Shown: positions 18,153 through 28,484 of the stretch, in pieces
Layout: each line of letters opens with the position of its first letter
Position numbering within the stretch: the stretch's first letter is position 1
From: an uncultured Gammaproteobacteria bacterium
Lineage (GTDB): Bacteria; Pseudomonadota; Gammaproteobacteria; UBA9214
NCBI GenBank assembly: GCA_963748215.1
Contig: CAVVHS010000006.1
Location: 64,001 to 128,000 of the forward strand
Length of the DNA: 64,000 nt
Reading direction: 5' to 3'
Program-made: the position numbers and the translations under genes
The notes under the pieces: model-generated
Told to the model about the DNA's origin: nothing
Databases searched by the model: none
The model's input: the letters and a program-made list of their open reading frames with translations, nothing else

Positions 18153-18440
18153 CCCGGCGCCCTGATTGTGATACTAGCGTGAACTCCCCGCCAAGAACAG
18201 CCAAGGGTTGCGGCACGGTGAAAGTCGCGGCCAGTCTCCCGGGGCCGGCAGGCAGTAACCCGTGGTGCATAGTGCGAGTGCTGTGATGCCGGTGCCCGGT
18301 ACGGCCGGATTCAGCAGCGCCGGCTTCGGTAAGGCTCCTCGAACACCGGCCTGCCCGGTCAGGGTCCGGAGACCCACAGATTTGTGGAACAAGCCAATCG
18401 TTAGCTGTATTTTACGAGGGCGTGATCAAACCCTCCCGTC

Positions 18441-18986
18441 ATGATTGAACAGATACAGGCGCAGGTCTTCCTGAAGTATGGATACATCATTCCTGATGAC
18501 TTCCTGTCCGACATGCCTGCCATGAGTATTGCCGGTGACAACGTCGACCGTGACCGGGAGCGGACACCGCACCGCCGGGATATCAGGGTGATACGCAATT
18601 ACATGATTACCTTCGGGCTGGTGAGTACGGTGTTCGATCTGCTGACATTCGGGGTATTGCTGTATCTGGCCGGTGAGGTGGCAGAGATATTCCGCACCGG
18701 CTGGTGCGTGGAATCATTGCTCACTGAATTGCTCATCCTGTTCGTAATCCGCACTTACAAACCGTTTTATCGAAGCCGGCCAGGCCGGTTTCTGGTCTGG
18801 AGCACATCCGGCGTTGCAGTGCTTGCGCTCCTCCTGCCCAATCTACCCCTTGGTGCCGTGTTCGGTTTCGTTCCCCTGCCTGCCACGATACTGGTTTCCA
18901 TACTGTTCATCACGGTGCTGTACGTGGTAACGACCGAACTGGTTAAACGCGCATTTTTCCGGCACTTCATTATGCATCATGGATAG
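18441..18986 (+). pseudogene. C-terminal fragment of MgtA-like P-type Mg2+ ATPase
   Basis: FLSDMPAMSIAGDNVD...FGLVSTVFDLLTF...FRTGWCVESLLTE; no phosphorylation or nucleotide-binding domains. Confidence 0.75.
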
Positions 18987-19971
18987 CGGTATGCCGGGCG
19001 ACGATGAAAAGGTTCTGAAGCCGGCCTGGAAAAGGATCGGGACCTGGTTTGCCGGACTGGTGCTGCTGTCGGGCCTGATTATCGTCGTCAGCCACTTCGG
19101 GGAACTCAGGCGTTTTGTACAGTTGATGCGCCAGGCCGACCCTGCCTGGTTGTTCCTGGTAGTGATCCTGCAAGCAGCGACATATACCTGTGTGGCCACT
19201 GTGTGGAACCTGGCCTTGCGCAAGTCGGGTCTGCATTATTCGATTATTTCCCTGATGCCCGTCAGTGTGGCCAAACTGTTTTCCGACCAGGCGATGCCCA
19301 GTGGCGGTATGAGCGGATCCGCCTTTTTTATCACCGCCCTGAGCAGGCGTGGTGTGCCTGCTCACACGTGCATGGCAATCATGCTGTTGAGTCTGGTGGC
19401 TTTTTACGGCGCCTATCTCCTCGCTGCAGTCCTGACTGTCCTGTTGCTGTGGTTTTACCACGCAATCAATACCTGGAGTATCACTGTCCTGGTCGTTTTC
19501 TGTGTCGTCGCAGTGGGTATTCCGGTCGGTGCCCTGTGGCTGCGCAGCCTGGGAAGGAGGCAACTGCCACCGGTCCTGCTGCGATATTCCGTACTGAGCC
19601 GCTTGAGGGATACGATTGCAAACGCGCCTGATGAGCTGTTGCGCAGCCCTGCGCTGGTCATTGTTTCCATGCTGTTGCATGGCGCTGTTTTTGTCCTGGA
19701 TGCCGCCAGCCTGTGGGTCATTTTGCAGATGGTCGGTGTGCAACTGTCTTTCTGGGTGGCTTTCCCGAGTTTTATCATGGCGTCCATGGTTGCCACGGTC
19801 AGCCCGACCCCCCTCGGGCTTGGCACCTTCGAAGTGACCTGCGTCAGTATGCTCGGGGTGCTCGGAATACCGATCGAGGCGGCACTGACGGCAACGATAT
19901 TGCTGCGCGGTTTTACCCTCTGGTTGCCTATGCTGCCCGGTATGTGGCTGGTGAGGCGCGCACTGCGTTAA
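18979..19971 (+). CDS. Lysylphosphatidylglycerol-synthase TM-domain (flippase-like) protein
   Basis: Multi-TM; PSGGMSG, PTPLGLGTFE, LLRGFTLWLP. Confidence 0.85.
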   Translation: MDSGMPGDDEKVLKPAWKRIGTWFAGLVLLSGLIIVVSHFGELRRFVQLMRQADPAWLFLVVILQAATYTCVATVWNLALRKSGLHYSIISLMPVSVAKLFSDQAMPSGGMSGSAFFITALSRRGVPAHTCMAIMLLSLVAFYGAYLLAAVLTVLLLWFYHAINTWSITVLVVFCVVAVGIPVGALWLRSLGRRQLPPVLLRYSVLSRLRDTIANAPDELLRSPALVIVSMLLHGAVFVLDAASLWVILQMVGVQLSFWVAFPSFIMASMVATVSPTPLGLGTFEVTCVSMLGVLGIPIEAALTATILLRGFTLWLPMLPGMWLVRRALR

Positions 19972-20090
19972 CGGGTCTGGTACCACTGCTGTGCCGTATC
20001 ATCATCAGGAAAGTTTATTGAATGCGGCTAATCCAGTGATTGGATGGTGTTGTGCGATACATGGACATGAAAATGCAGAACAACAATGAT

Positions 20091-20176
20091 GTCATACCCG
20101 CGCAGGCGGGTATCCAGTCAGTCACTGATGAGCAGGGGCACAAATAATCCTGGATTCCCGCCTGCGCGGGAATGAC
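20091..20176. repeat. Paired palindromic extragenic element
   Basis: GTCATACCCGCGCAGGCGGGTATCCAG ... CTGGATTCCCGCCTGCGCGGGAATGAC between convergent genes. Confidence 0.75.
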
Positions 20177-20279
20177 GGCTATGTGGGTCAGCAGTGGGGC
20201 CGGATACATTTTTGTATTGGTATGAGCAATTAATGTGCCCGGCCCTTTTATTGATTGACTGCGCTGTGATATCGCGGGA

Positions 20280-21521
20280 TTAACCATTTTCCAGAGACGC
20301 CTGCAACTCCATCCTGGTGTCATCATCATGCTTGCCCATCGGCACGATGAGTAGTTTTCCGGCGATAATCCGTGTGCTCTCCAGCTGATTGTTCCGGCGC
20401 AGCCGGGCGACTGTCGTCTGGCTGTTCTGCGCTATGGCGCTTAATGTATCACCCTGACGAACCCGGTACTTGACCGACTGTACGCGCTGGTCCGCGGTCA
20501 GTCGCGCGAGCCCTTCGCGGAAGCGTTGTTCACGTGCCGTGGGAATAAGCAAGGTGTGCGGCCTGGCGGGCGGTGTGATTGACCGGGTAAGGCCCGGGTT
20601 GAGGCGCTGCAGTTCGTTCATGGAGGACCCGGTCAGTCGTGCGGCAACCTGCAGATCAAGTTGTCCGCCGGTATCAACAGATGTGAAGTAATGGGTGTTG
20701 GCGATGGCCGGCAGTGTGATGTTGGAGGCCTCGGGGTTGGAGATGATGGCCTTCAGTGCGATCAGTTTCGGCACATAACCACGGGTCTCCTCAGGCAGCG
20801 GCAGGTGCCAGAAATCGACCGGTTTGCCCTGGCTGCGATTGAGGCGGATGGCCTTGTTTACCCGTGCGCGGCCTGCGTTGTATGCCCCCAGGGCCAGGAG
20901 CCAGTCACCGTCGAAGTATTGATGTAGCTCGCTCAGGTAATCCAGGGCTGCTTCGGTTGCTGCGACGATGTTCCGGCGGTCGTCAACCCACCAGTCCTGG
21001 CGCAGTCCGACATGTTTGGCCGTAGCCGGCATGAACTGCCAGATACCCACTGCCCCGGCAGGTGAGCGGGCATAGGGATCAAAGGCGCTTTCAATGACCG
21101 GCAGCAAGGCGAGTTCCGCGGGCAAACCGCGTTCCTCCACGCGACCGAGGATATAAAAGAGGTAGGGTTCACCACGCTGCAATATATGCTCGATATGACG
21201 GGGGTGATTGTGGAAGGTATCGATATGGGCTTGCACAGACGGCATGGTCTGTTGCGGAAAGTTGAACCCGGTGCGCAACCGCTCCCAGATATCAATGGCC
21301 TCGGCCGTGCCGGTAAGTGTCTCTTCCGCTGGCAAGTTATCCCCGACGGTTTTCAGGTGAGTGATTTCCGGCTGAAGGGAAGCGGGTGCAAGCAGGGTAT
21401 CCAGCGCTCGCTCCCGGTCGCTGTTGATCAGGGGAGTGTCCGGTGAAATATGATGGTGTGCGGTCAGCGTAGTGGCGGCCACTGCAAGCGCCGGGACCCA
21501 TAACGCATGTATTAGTGTCAT
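20280..21521 (-). CDS. MltD-like lytic transglycosylase with LysM
   Basis: LALLPVIESAFDP, AVGIWQFMPATA, ALGAYNAG, ETRGYVPKL, YRVRQGDTLSAIA. Confidence 0.9.
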   Translation of the reverse strand: MTLIHALWVPALAVAATTLTAHHHISPDTPLINSDRERALDTLLAPASLQPEITHLKTVGDNLPAEETLTGTAEAIDIWERLRTGFNFPQQTMPSVQAHIDTFHNHPRHIEHILQRGEPYLFYILGRVEERGLPAELALLPVIESAFDPYARSPAGAVGIWQFMPATAKHVGLRQDWWVDDRRNIVAATEAALDYLSELHQYFDGDWLLALGAYNAGRARVNKAIRLNRSQGKPVDFWHLPLPEETRGYVPKLIALKAIISNPEASNITLPAIANTHYFTSVDTGGQLDLQVAARLTGSSMNELQRLNPGLTRSITPPARPHTLLIPTAREQRFREGLARLTADQRVQSVKYRVRQGDTLSAIAQNSQTTVARLRRNNQLESTRIIAGKLLIVPMGKHDDDTRMELQASLENG

Positions 21522-22126
21522 TGTTGTGCAACTCCAGAATTTATTGTTGTTTCAGTTTTCCCTCTCTGGTGCGCAACCTCCGCCTGTGCTGCAGAGGTTT
21601 TTCCTTATTTCCTGTCTAATATAGATGCTATACGGCGGAAAGGTAGGGATGAATGGTACTTTGGTACAAGGAGACTATCCGCAAGCCGCTGTATCTGTAT
21701 GAGTTGCGATGTGAAACGAATGAATTAACAAGGATTTGTCTAAATGGATCCGCCGCAGAATTTGTGCGTGTCCGGATGGGCTATTGCTCTTGCTGAATCG
21801 TCATGCGCGCGAATGAATTATTGATATTCCTGAAACGTTTCAATTACAAATCCGTGAAACGCCCAATAAGTCAGAATTGCGGCCGGAATTCACTGCTCGT
21901 TCACGATGCGTCAAGAGATTGGCCAGGTGAGGCCTCTCGGAAGTTCAAGGCAGCTCCAAGCCATCGTTTCCAGATGACAATTCCGAATTCGCGACACTCA
22001 CGCTCCGAAGGCGATCCAGGGACTCATCCCTGTAATCGAAGTTGCTTCTTTCCGGGCTGAAGCTGTAAATCAACTCGCGTCGTATCTAACCTTGACTGGC
22101 AGCGTATAAGACATATACCTGACGCT

Positions 22127-22318
22127 ATGGCGAATTATGAATCGTCCGGTCTGGACCGGGTATTCATGGCGTTGTCAGATCCAGTTCGATGTGCGATCTT
22201 GCAATGCCTGTCCGAGTGCGATGACCGGGTGTCCGAACTGGCCGCACCCTTCGATATCTCGTTGGCGGCAATCTCTAGGCACCGTGATGGGTTGGAGCAT
22301 GTGGGGCTATTCGGATGA
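22127..22318 (+). pseudogene. Truncated ArsR-family regulator
   Basis: LDRVFMALSDPVRCAILQCL...VSELAAPFDISLAAISRH, ends prematurely. Confidence 0.7.
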
Positions 22319-22321
22319 GAA

Positions 22322-22808
22322 GATGATGCACTACTGTGCCATGAAGAACCGACCCAATCTGTCCATGGATAACAGCACCGATGACAGTATCCATTTTAAA
22401 TATTTCGAGAGTGAAGGTTTCAATGTTAAGGAACCTCTGATTAATTCGTCATGCCGGCGAAAGCCGGCATCCAGGCCATTTAAAAACACTGGATCCCGGC
22501 ATGCGCCGGGATGACGATGAGTGAATTCATCAGGGGTCCCTAATATTAAAGAAAATCGTGCTCTCACCCCGTTTATTCCAGGCCCGTCATGCCGGCGAAA
22601 GCCGGCATCCAGGCTGATGAAAACACCGGATCCCGGCATGCGCCGGGATGATATGAGTGAATTAATCAGAGGTTCCTTAACAAGGATGCGCACGTGCATG
22701 AGCTCACCATTCGATTTATTGATGAGGACAAAATCGAGCAGGACCGGGTTCTCTACCGGGACGGCAAGCCCGTGGATACCAAACGTATCGCGTTAGAGCG
22801 TATTTAAT
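22322..22808 (+). pseudogene. Hypothetical protein fragment split by a MITE
   Basis: Removing the element at 22426-22680 (keeping one TTAA) restores MMHYCAMKNRP...EGFNVNKDAHVHELTIRFIDEDKIEQ...ALERI*. Confidence 0.65.
22426..22680. mobile_element. MITE with perfect terminal inverted repeats, containing two palindromic modules
   Basis: TTAAGGAACCTCTGATTAATTC ... GAATTAATCAGAGGTTCCTTAA; no transposase. Confidence 0.85.
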
Positions 22809-22828
22809 CACAACCGGAGGAATTCGTT

Positions 22829-23143
22829 ATGTCCAGATACCTGTTTGTTTATCATGGTGGCAAGCAACCTGAAACACAGGATGACATAGACCGTGTGATG
22901 AAGGCCTGGAGTGACTGGTTTTCCGATATGGGCAGTGCCGTTGTAGATGGCGGTGCACCAGTCGGGATTTCATCGACAGTCAATGCCGACGGCAGTGTCA
23001 CAGACAATGGCGGCGCCAATCCTGCCGGTGGTTACAGCATCATTGCCGCAAATAATCTGGCTGACATACATGCCATGGCAAGGGGTTGCCCTATTCTGAT
23101 TGATGGCGGCAGCATTGAGATCGCCGAAATCATGCAAATGTGA
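22829..23143 (+). CDS. YciI-like family protein
   Basis: GGAGG RBS; AWSDWFSDMGSAVVDGGAP...GGYSII...ARGCPIL...SIEIAE. Confidence 0.8.
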   Translation: MSRYLFVYHGGKQPETQDDIDRVMKAWSDWFSDMGSAVVDGGAPVGISSTVNADGSVTDNGGANPAGGYSIIAANNLADIHAMARGCPILIDGGSIEIAEIMQM

Positions 23144-23240
23144 TGTATGCAGCGAGGCTTGAATCTCCCTGGCAGGAACAGCGCCGCCCCGGTTTGCGGT
23201 AGCCAGTCACCTCACACCGCCTCCATTTCGTGTGCTGTGC

Positions 23241-24098
23241 TTATTCCTGCGTAGCCGGTCTGGCATGCCTTCCCAGAAAGGCGGCAATGTCGTTCATAAC
23301 GTCGTAACGACTGCGGTAAGGGATTGAAAGTGCAGCGAGAATAGTGGCGTGATTGACCCCGTTGTAAACGTGTGGCTCGACCACCCCGCCTTTTTGCTGC
23401 ACGATTTCAGTCATATTGACGATATTGCGCATATAGACTTTCTTGTCCTGATTGCCATAGAGCAGCAACAATGGTGGTTCGCTGCCATCGACAAAATGGC
23501 TGGGCTGGGACTCGGGGTAGTCCATGTCGGCAAAGAGTGCTGACATGTAGGGCTTGTCGAAAATAAAATCATACGGTGCGGCAAGACCAATGAAGCCAAG
23601 AATGTTTTGATGCAATTCCACGCCGAGATAACGCTCATTCACGGTCAACATGGCGGCAATATGTCCGCCGGCGGAATGCCCCATCAGGAAAAGCTGCTCC
23701 GCGGTGCCGCCAAATCGTGCGATATTTCTGCTGACCCACGCCACCACTGCTGCACTGTCTTCCATTATTTGCGGAAACAATACTTCCGGATAACGGCGAT
23801 AGTCAGGAATCACCACCAGATATCCCCTTGCGGTCAGGGCCTGGGCAACAAATCGATAGGATTCCCGGGTATACGTGGTACAGGCACCCCAGCAGCCGCC
23901 ATAGAAAAAAATGACCGTGCCTTTCACTTTTCCCCTGGGCTGATAGATGTCCAGCTTGTTGAGTGTATGTGTGCCGTAAGGCTGGTTTCCCGTCAGGGTG
24001 TAGTCATCAAAACGTGCCAGGGTGTTGGCTACCATCAATGCGGAACTAGAGCAGGCGATGAGGAGCGGTGCAAGCACGGCAAGCAGGAGTGTTTTCAT
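23241..24098 (-). CDS. Alpha/beta hydrolase (carboxylesterase), probable lipoprotein
   Basis: LLIAC lipobox; FFYGGCW, PDYRRYP, GHSAGG nucleophile elbow. Confidence 0.88.
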   Translation of the reverse strand: MKTLLLAVLAPLLIACSSSALMVANTLARFDDYTLTGNQPYGTHTLNKLDIYQPRGKVKGTVIFFYGGCWGACTTYTRESYRFVAQALTARGYLVVIPDYRRYPEVLFPQIMEDSAAVVAWVSRNIARFGGTAEQLFLMGHSAGGHIAAMLTVNERYLGVELHQNILGFIGLAAPYDFIFDKPYMSALFADMDYPESQPSHFVDGSEPPLLLLYGNQDKKVYMRNIVNMTEIVQQKGGVVEPHVYNGVNHATILAALSIPYRSRYDVMNDIAAFLGRHARPATQE

Positions 24099-24407
24099 CA
24101 GTCTTCCGGTAATGATTCCAGTACGAACCGCGCGACGCACAATACGCTACAGGTCATGGATTATATACGGGTACCCACGCCTGGCAGGTGGCAGACACTG
24201 ATTTTAGAGTCATCGATAGGGGATCGGTAAATCCTGCCCCGCCTTCAGGCGATGACTCACTCCATGGTGCATGGAGTGAGTCGTGCATCATGAAATATGA
24301 ATACCGGCTGTGATGATGAATAGCCACGGTAGCGCATGGAATATCACGGATAGTAACGCTGCATACCGTCTGCTTGCTGGAGGTGTCGCAAAAGGTGTTT
24401 GTATTAT

Positions 24408-24454
24408 CGCAGGGTGTGCTGTGTGCGCCGTTACCGGTGCGTGAAACGCACCCT
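24408..24454. repeat. Degenerate REP-like pair
   Basis: GCAGGGTGTGCTGTGTGCGCC / GGTGCGTGAAACGCACCCTG; same family near 59078-59270. Confidence 0.5.
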
Positions 24455-24547
24455 GTATTCTATTCCCGCTCCCCGGCGTTCACCTGAGGAGGCGGGTTAA
24501 ATCGGCCGTATGGACGATCGATCCGGCTTTAGCCGGTGGAGTATTCG

Positions 24548-25009
24548 CTATTCACGTTGCATGTTCTGCACCGCAGGGGGTTCTGCTTCCTGGTTGCGAT
24601 AGTCGCTACATTCCTCGATAGCCTCAATAAAATTCAGGCGCGTTACCCCGGTCACCAATTCCGCCTGGTAGCCTTCTGACCATGAGAGTAATGGCTGTAC
24701 CTCAGCGCGCCATTCTTCAGCATCACCGCCGGCATAGAGCAGCACAACGTAGGGTTTGTGACACCCGGTAAAATGCAGGAAGCGCAGGCGCGGATTTGTC
24801 AGTTCCCTGACCCGGTTCGGGAGTCCTCCCCTGGCATTGATCTCGACTTGGGGGCAAATCACCATGACGAAACGGTTGGGCAGTTCACCACAGGAGTGAC
24901 GCCAGCGGTCAAGTACCGCGGGGATGAGCCCGGGGATCGAGGCTGCACTCCAGCTTTGGACGTAGGGTGGTATCCCCTCGATTTCCAACCGCTCCCTAAT
25001 CGGTTCCAT
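24548..25009 (-). CDS. Hypothetical protein divergent from Lrp/AsnC regulator
   Basis: 153-aa ORF with GGGAG RBS; no recognised motif. Confidence 0.6.
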   Translation of the reverse strand: MEPIRERLEIEGIPPYVQSWSAASIPGLIPAVLDRWRHSCGELPNRFVMVICPQVEINARGGLPNRVRELTNPRLRFLHFTGCHKPYVVLLYAGGDAEEWRAEVQPLLSWSEGYQAELVTGVTRLNFIEAIEECSDYRNQEAEPPAVQNMQRE

Positions 25010-25173
25010 GTTTTACTCCCGGCTGTTTGCTGGCTCGCTGATGGACAATTCCAGTCTAGAATAAAATTACTTTAAAATTGCCTAAAGTAGAAAAATAATA
25101 ATAAAATTACGCCGTAAAGCGGCTAAAATAGAAAAACAAACCTGTTTGGTTGAATTTATCAGGAAAATAACCC

Positions 25174-25635
25174 ATGGATGCAGTTGATCGGAAAATACTG
25201 GACCTGCTGCAGACCGATGCCAGCCTGACCGTCAAGCAGATTGCCGGGCAGATCCCCTTGTCGGTCACGCCGTGCTGGAAACGTATCCAGAAACTCGAGG
25301 CGCAGGGTTTCATCCGTGCGCGGGTTGCGCTCCTTGACCCCGAAAAAGTCAATGCGAATGTCACCGTCTTTGTTGCCATCAAGACCGATCAGCACACCAG
25401 GGAATGGATCGACCGCTTCTCCCGGGCTGTCAGCGATATGCCCGAGGTCATGGAGATCTATCGCATGAGTGGGGAAATCGATTATCTGCTGAAGGTTGTT
25501 GTCAGCAGCATCGAGGCCTATGACCTGTTCTACAAGAATCTGGTTGACCGCATTGAGCTATCCAATGTCACATCCAGTTTCGCGATGGAACGGATTAAAT
25601 ACACCACTGCACTGCCGATCAATGTAGAGCGCTAA
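25174..25635 (+). CDS. Lrp/AsnC family regulator, DecR(YbaO)-like
   Basis: DRKILDLLQ...LSVTPCWKRIQKLE...YRMSGEIDYLLKVV...VTSSFAMERIKYTTALP. Confidence 0.9.
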   Translation: MDAVDRKILDLLQTDASLTVKQIAGQIPLSVTPCWKRIQKLEAQGFIRARVALLDPEKVNANVTVFVAIKTDQHTREWIDRFSRAVSDMPEVMEIYRMSGEIDYLLKVVVSSIEAYDLFYKNLVDRIELSNVTSSFAMERIKYTTALPINVER

Positions 25636-25919
25636 CCCGCCTGTTGCACCAGGCTGGTGGAGGGAATGACTGCAGTCCAATCGCCAGCATTGTATGACCA
25701 CACGTCGTAGCCGGAACTGCATACCATCAGCTCGTGAGGTAGTAGACAGGCACAAAGAGAATCCACGTTCGACAATGTTTAGCTAGGGCAGGTCAGATAC
25801 CCGCTGCGTAAAATACATTGTTCTATAATCCTTGTTTGGAATGGCAACCCCCGGAGTGGTCGACTGACCCGACAGGGGCAATACTTCCCGTTAACTGTCG
25901 TACAAGGAAAGGCCATGGG

Positions 25920-26095
25920 CATTTCCCGCGCTGGTCGAAGTTGAGGATGTCGAAGCTGTCCGCGAGTGGACTATCGAAGATGTTCGGCTTGCTGCGCAGA
26001 TCGCCCCCCCCACGCCACCGAGTAACAGGACTGCGCAGCCTGTTCCCATGCTCTGGTAGTGATTGTTGATATCAGATGTTCAGGTATGGGGCATG
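25920..26095 (-). pseudogene. N-terminal remnant of an alpha/beta hydrolase
   Basis: GTGCAVLLLGGVGG / DLRSKPNIFDSPLADSFDILNFDQRG across a frameshift. Confidence 0.55.
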
Positions 26096-26135
26096 TTTTC
26101 TTCCATCGGCAGGAGTTAAATCCGATTGTCCCTGA

Positions 26136-26999
26136 TCAGGATTTTCCCCGGCCGGGATTATTGCCGCTGTATAAGCTCTCGGCGTGGTAGGCGAGATGCT
26201 CGCCGATGAAGGTGGCGACGAAATGATAACTGTGATCATAGTCCGGCTGCATGCGCAGGGTCAGCGGGAAATTGTGCGCCTTGCAGGCGGCCTCCAGGTT
26301 TTGCGGATAGAGTTGCTTGGCCAGAAACTCGTCACCGGTGCCGCTGTCGATGAGCAGCGGTATCGGTAGCGCACCTGCGGCAACCAGCGCGGTCGCATCA
26401 TAAGCCTGCCAGGCTTCCTGATCCTCTCCGAGATAGGCTTCGAAGCAACCCTGTCCCCAGCCGCTGACCATGGGGTTGCAGATGGGGGCAAAGGCCGAAA
26501 CAGATCGATAGGCTCCCGGATTTTTCAGGGCGCAGATCAATGCGCCATGACCGCCCATGGAGTGGCCGCTGATGGACTTGATGCCCGGCTGGACAGGGAG
26601 CTCGCGCTCGATCAGTGCCGGCAGCTCGCGGGTGACGTAGTCGTACATCCGGTAGTGCGCTGACCACGGTGCCCGGGTGGCGTTTACGTAGAATCCCGCC
26701 CCCTTGCCGAGGTCGTAGCGGTTTTGTCCATCCGCTACATCGGTGCCGCGCGGGCTGGTGTCGGGGAACACGAGTGCAATCCCCAGTTCGGCAGCATAGC
26801 GCTGCATGCCACCTTTGGTCCGCGCGTTGTCGTCGGTGCAGGTGAGACCGGACAGCCAGTACACCACCGGGACCCGTGCACTGGCTGCCTGGGGTGGCAG
26901 GTAGATGGAGAACCGCATGGTACAGTTGCAGGTTCCGGAGTCATGCGTGTAGCGGTTGAGCCAGCCACCGAATTCCCTGATATGTTCGATCTGCTGCAT
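26136..26999 (-). CDS. fghA: S-formylglutathione hydrolase
   Basis: WLSGLTCT, PDTSPRG, GAGFYVNAT, GHSMGGHGAL, YDHSY. Confidence 0.95.
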   Translation of the reverse strand: MQQIEHIREFGGWLNRYTHDSGTCNCTMRFSIYLPPQAASARVPVVYWLSGLTCTDDNARTKGGMQRYAAELGIALVFPDTSPRGTDVADGQNRYDLGKGAGFYVNATRAPWSAHYRMYDYVTRELPALIERELPVQPGIKSISGHSMGGHGALICALKNPGAYRSVSAFAPICNPMVSGWGQGCFEAYLGEDQEAWQAYDATALVAAGALPIPLLIDSGTGDEFLAKQLYPQNLEAACKAHNFPLTLRMQPDYDHSYHFVATFIGEHLAYHAESLYSGNNPGRGKS

Positions 27000-27220
27000 A
27001 ACTAGGCTCCTCGGAGAATATTCGCGGCGTGAACGGGTTTGCCTTTATGTACGGGCCTGGAGGTACGTTTGATGTGAGTTTCCCGCAGTTTGTGGCGCGG
27101 CTCCTGGCCGCTGCGCAGCGGCGTATCTTTATTACAGCACTGGATCAGGGCAGATCGTCGAGCAGGCTCCTGTGCGGGGTATAATCGGAACCTGTTGCTG
27201 ATCTGAGTGGAATACCGTCC

Positions 27221-27523
27221 ATGCACGCAATTGTCGGTTTTACCCTGGTACCCATCGATGCGGGGATTTCGGTCTCGCCCTATGTCGCGGCCATTGAGCA
27301 GGTGCTCGAGGAATCGGGCCTGACCTTTGAGGTCAACTGCAACAGCACCAACGTGGAAGGGGAGTGGGAAGACGTGTTTGCCGCCATCAAACGCTGTCAC
27401 GAGGTGGTCCACGGTGCGGGCGCACCCCGAATCCACACCTGCCTTCAGGTGGGCACGCGGGTAGACCGTGAACAGCGCATGGCCGAAAAACTCGAAAGCG
27501 TGGAAAGACGGCGCCACCGGTAA
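27221..27523 (+). CDS. MTH1187/thiamine-binding family protein
   Basis: VSPYVAAI...TNVEGEWEDVFAAIKRCHE...GTRVDRE. Confidence 0.85.
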   Translation: MHAIVGFTLVPIDAGISVSPYVAAIEQVLEESGLTFEVNCNSTNVEGEWEDVFAAIKRCHEVVHGAGAPRIHTCLQVGTRVDREQRMAEKLESVERRRHR

Positions 27524-27619
27524 GAATGGTATTCGCCGACTGCTGGATTCACAACCGTGCCGCTCCCGGGCCAACCGTCTTCCTGCTCCATCAGCACATG
27601 CTGCAGCGGCCGATGGTTG

Positions 27620-28399
27620 ATGAACGTTCGAGGGGATACTGAGTTGGTTTCCGGATCCGGTACCCATGGGCGTGAATGTGTCAGTGCACGAGCCGTTTTG
27701 CTGGACGCTGCCGGAACCCTGATCAGGCCCCGCGAGCCGGTGAGCGGGACGTATGCTGCGTTGGCCAGGCGCTGTGGCGTGGAACTCGAGGTCAGGAAGC
27801 TTGCACAGGCGTTCGAGACGGTCTTCGGCGATATGCCTGATCTGGCTTTCGAATGGACCTCGATTGATGAGTTGCACTGCCTGGAGCGGGCCTGGTGGCG
27901 ACTGCTGGTGCGCCGTGTGGTCGCCGGGGCCGGCAACTTTACTGGCGATTTCGATAGCTTTTTTGCGGCGCTGTACGAGCACTATGCACAGGGCCATGCC
28001 TGGGAGTGCTACCCCGAGGTGCCGGATGTTCTGGCAGGCCTGCACGCCAGGGACTACAGGCTTGCCGTCGTATCCAATTTCGACTCCCGATTGCCCGGGA
28101 TACTTCGTGCAGTGGGGATCTATGGTTACATGGATGCGGTCGTTTATTCCTCCAGGGCCGGCAGCGCCAAGCCGGATCCTGCTATTTTCAGGCAGGCGCT
28201 CGATGTGCTCGGTATTGCGCCGGAGCACGCGGTCCATGTCGGGGACAATCCGAAGGCCGATGTTGGAGGTGCACTTGCCGCAGGTCTTGCGGCACTGCTG
28301 ATTCGGCGCGGTCATGCGCCTGCGGTTGGTTCCGGGCAGGCGATCAGCAGCCTCGACGAGCTGTTTATCCGGCTCGAAAGTTCGGGTGGCACTATGTAA
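27620..28399 (+). CDS. HAD-superfamily hydrolase (REG-2-like); start uncertain
   Basis: LLDAAGTL, VVSNFD, KPDPAIF, HVGD. Confidence 0.85.
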   Translation: MNVRGDTELVSGSGTHGRECVSARAVLLDAAGTLIRPREPVSGTYAALARRCGVELEVRKLAQAFETVFGDMPDLAFEWTSIDELHCLERAWWRLLVRRVVAGAGNFTGDFDSFFAALYEHYAQGHAWECYPEVPDVLAGLHARDYRLAVVSNFDSRLPGILRAVGIYGYMDAVVYSSRAGSAKPDPAIFRQALDVLGIAPEHAVHVGDNPKADVGGALAAGLAALLIRRGHAPAVGSGQAISSLDELFIRLESSGGTM

Positions 28400-28484
28400 C
28401 CCGGGGACACGGCGGATGTGAAGGGGGATCGCTGTGCAGGGCAATTGCGCATGTCTCTGCTGTGCCGGTGATGAGTAGTGATGC

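Noticed and set aside
24254-24282. Perfect 13-bp hairpin GACTCACTCCATG/CATGGAGTGAGTC
   Set aside because: Single copy, no U-tract and no context to assign function
25845-25915. Faint resemblance to the Moco RNA motif (CTTCCCG...GGAAAGG)
   Set aside because: Required stems not evident and no downstream same-strand Moco gene
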